From NCBI RefSeq assembly GCF_002571385.2, contig NW_019217814.1, forward strand, positions 652,577 through 716,576: 64,000 nt of DNA. Reading direction: 5' to 3'. The position numbers were made by a program, and so were the translations under genes. Origin of the DNA: Stylophora pistillata. Taxonomy: Eukaryota. Below the pieces are notes generated by a model that worked only from the letters and a program-made list of their open reading frames with translations, searched no databases and had not been told where the DNA came from. This document shows positions 61,559-64,000 of this stretch, piece by piece. Positions within the stretch are counted from its first letter, which is position 1. Each line of letters begins with the position of its first letter.

Positions 61559-64000
61559 TATTCAAAGTAAAACAATTTTACTTGATATACTTACTATATT
61601 TGCTGCAAGGTATATTGTTCGTTTTACTGTAAGCTGTTGGAGGCTATCAATATCTATGGCGCGTTATCGGCTTTGCATGCGGGTACATTTTCGACACGAG
61701 CCGCGGATTTCCTTACTGATTTTAATATAGAAACATAAACCAGCTTCACGATTTTTCATTCTGCATTGGATATCCACGTTTATCGGAGCTCTTTTAAAAT
61801 TTTGTTGACCGAAGGACCCAATATTTTCAGAGCCAAATTTCAGAGTTTTCAGTTTTGAAACATTTTCAGGTGACGGAGTCAAAGATTCTATAATTTCTGC
61901 AACATTAAATTCTGTGTTATAAGTTTTCTCATTCTGACGTAGTTTGTTTTGTTACCTTGACCAACCTTACAGTCACCGAGATTGATGTACCAGGGGCTAC
62001 CCAAGCCGGGTCGCCTGACCTTTGTAGACTAATGAGACCACGCTGAACGTAATAAAATATCATGAATTATGAGAGGTATGTACATGTAAACATCGTTTTC
62101 ATCGTTTTCAGTCACCCAGTCATGAAAATAGGGATTGAAATCTACAGATAAGGGTTCGGATTAATATCATCGCTGAACGAAGTTTAGTTAGGGTGATCCC
62201 CGTGATGAAATGATTGAAAAATAGTTTGTAAAGGAAAAGAGACCTAAACAATAAAACTTTACAGAGTTATAGATTTCTACCAAAACAGTTAAAACTGAGA
62301 TCTTCTGCAGAAAAGGATATATTTCTGCTTTTACAAAATGTTGTAATTCAATTCACTCTTGCTTTAACCTCGTTTTTTGAGGAAAGATGAGTTCAGCTTC
62401 GAAAGTGTCAAACTCCGTAGCTAGTCCAAAATACACTTAACATAAAATTATTCAGATGCATAAATATTGGCTTTTAATGGTCTGGATACAGAAATAACAT
62501 GCAAAACCTCAAACTGCTGCATATTGCTTCAGGACGGGCTTATTCATTTGATTTCGGAATGGGAAATGATATTTGCGTGATAAATGGATAATTCAGCACG
62601 CGCTAATTCAACCAATCCGTGAAATTGAGTTTGGTGACAACCTAAACATTTGAGCTGATCTGATAAGGAAAAAATTTTTCAAGTAGTTAACTTTGAATGG
62701 CAGTTTCCGTATCAAAGGATTCACCAGCGGAAACGTATTTGCCCTCGATTTCTTGCAAATTTTTAATGTCCTTCTTCGAAGAGTCTTAAGGGAGGATTTG
62801 TTAGAACTTACCGGTGAGTTAATATACTCTGACTGTAGACATTTTATAGAAACATTGGAAGTATGTTACCACCGGATGATGTTTACGTGCGCTCACTGAT
62901 AAATCTGGTAAAATTTCCATGTAGAAATTCAACGGGGGTATCTGAAATCTCAACATGAAATCTTCCGACTTTGACGTTCCTTTCCCTCACGCTTCTTTTG
63001 ATCTTGAGTCGTTATCGCATCCGGTATGTTAACGAATAATATTCATCGTGGTTAACAGATGAATTCGTTGTCGCTGGATTAATTTACGCGCTTACGGAAC
63101 GCTTTCGATATCAGCGTTGTTCCCAGGCGCCGATACCGTTTTACGAGTTTTATACATGCGCTTGCATATTGTACGCAAATACCTCAACCCGCCCAAAATC
63201 TCCAGTCGTAGTGGCCGAAGGTTTTGATCTGACAGTGATTCATTACGCGAAGGGAAAGGTATGTGCTACGCTGTGTTACGGAAGACAAGACACAGCTACT
63301 CGTGGGCAGCCTATCAGATTTCCCCCATATCAGTTACGCACCGGACCTTGTAATCTCTGCTCATTTCAGTGATCAACGCAGAAGCAATTACACTTACTGT
63401 TATTTCTGTTGTCGTTTTTACCTAGTTTAAAGGGAGTGCCACTCTGTTCGATCAATAACTAGGATTATCCTATTGGCTGGCGAGGATTGTATCAGTTCGT
63501 GTCAGTAACTGGTGCCCAAATCCGGTAAGTTCTACATGCTGTAACAACAGCGTTCTTGATAAGATTCTCTAGTTCCTCTGCATTTACGAAAAGTGCCCTT
63601 GAGACTCTCACAAAGCACTCTTTTGTTGTAAATCTCTCCTATCTGTGCCATATAAGTTATGACGACTGGTTTTTAACACAAAAACTACATACCAATGCTC
63701 ACCTCAATTCTCCATGAGGTTTCATTATTTTCTTAGCGAGCTGACTTACTGGAATTTGATGAAAAAGAAACTGTGTTGATCGATTTAATGATATCATGAT
63801 AGAATCTTAAACAAACTTGTTTGTCTAAGGTTCTATTTTAAGCTCGGTCGAAGAAATGTCTGATGCGCTCTACATGTGTTTGTTGGTAAAAGAGTAAAAC
63901 ATAAATCTGTTTTCAGCTTTGCTCAGCGAAAATGCTGACACAAATTTTCTGAGACTCTTCCCGTCTTTTTAATAATTTGGTCCGCCGTTCGGCTATATCC

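Noticed and set aside
46100-64000. Many 60-90 aa ORFs in the right third of the window
   Set aside because: No recognisable domains or consistent exon chains; expected by chance in a six-frame scan.

Overview
AT-rich eukaryotic genomic DNA with GT-AG introns. The gene content and repeat types suggest a cnidarian, probably a scleractinian coral (inference). Four spliced protein-coding genes can be rebuilt by hand with consistent exon phases. (1) A subgroup-B thrombospondin (TSP3/4/COMP-like) on the minus strand: 18 exons, 829 codons visible from ATG 15429, with the C-terminal domain running off the left edge. (2) A two-exon GT31 beta-1,3-glycosyltransferase (404 aa) nested antisense in the thrombospondin intron between EGF1 and EGF2. 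(3) A three-exon, four-finger C2H2 transcription factor (323 aa, 31665-36441). (4) A two-exon CLN3/battenin-like transporter (447 aa, 43410-46009). The rest is intergenic or intronic DNA rich in small non-autonomous elements: TA-flanked MITEs, two adjacent TTAA-flanked Kolobok-like elements, hAT-like hairpins and tRNA-derived SINEs. The most notable oddities are a near-perfect 447-bp palindrome of two tRNA-derived units inside a 13-bp target-site duplication, two minimal hammerhead-ribozyme motifs of the Penelope/retrozyme type, a duplicated exon-like unit encoding a histone-H3-tail-like peptide, and the nested glycosyltransferase. I see no clear new multi-gene system, and none of the family assignments was checked by database search.
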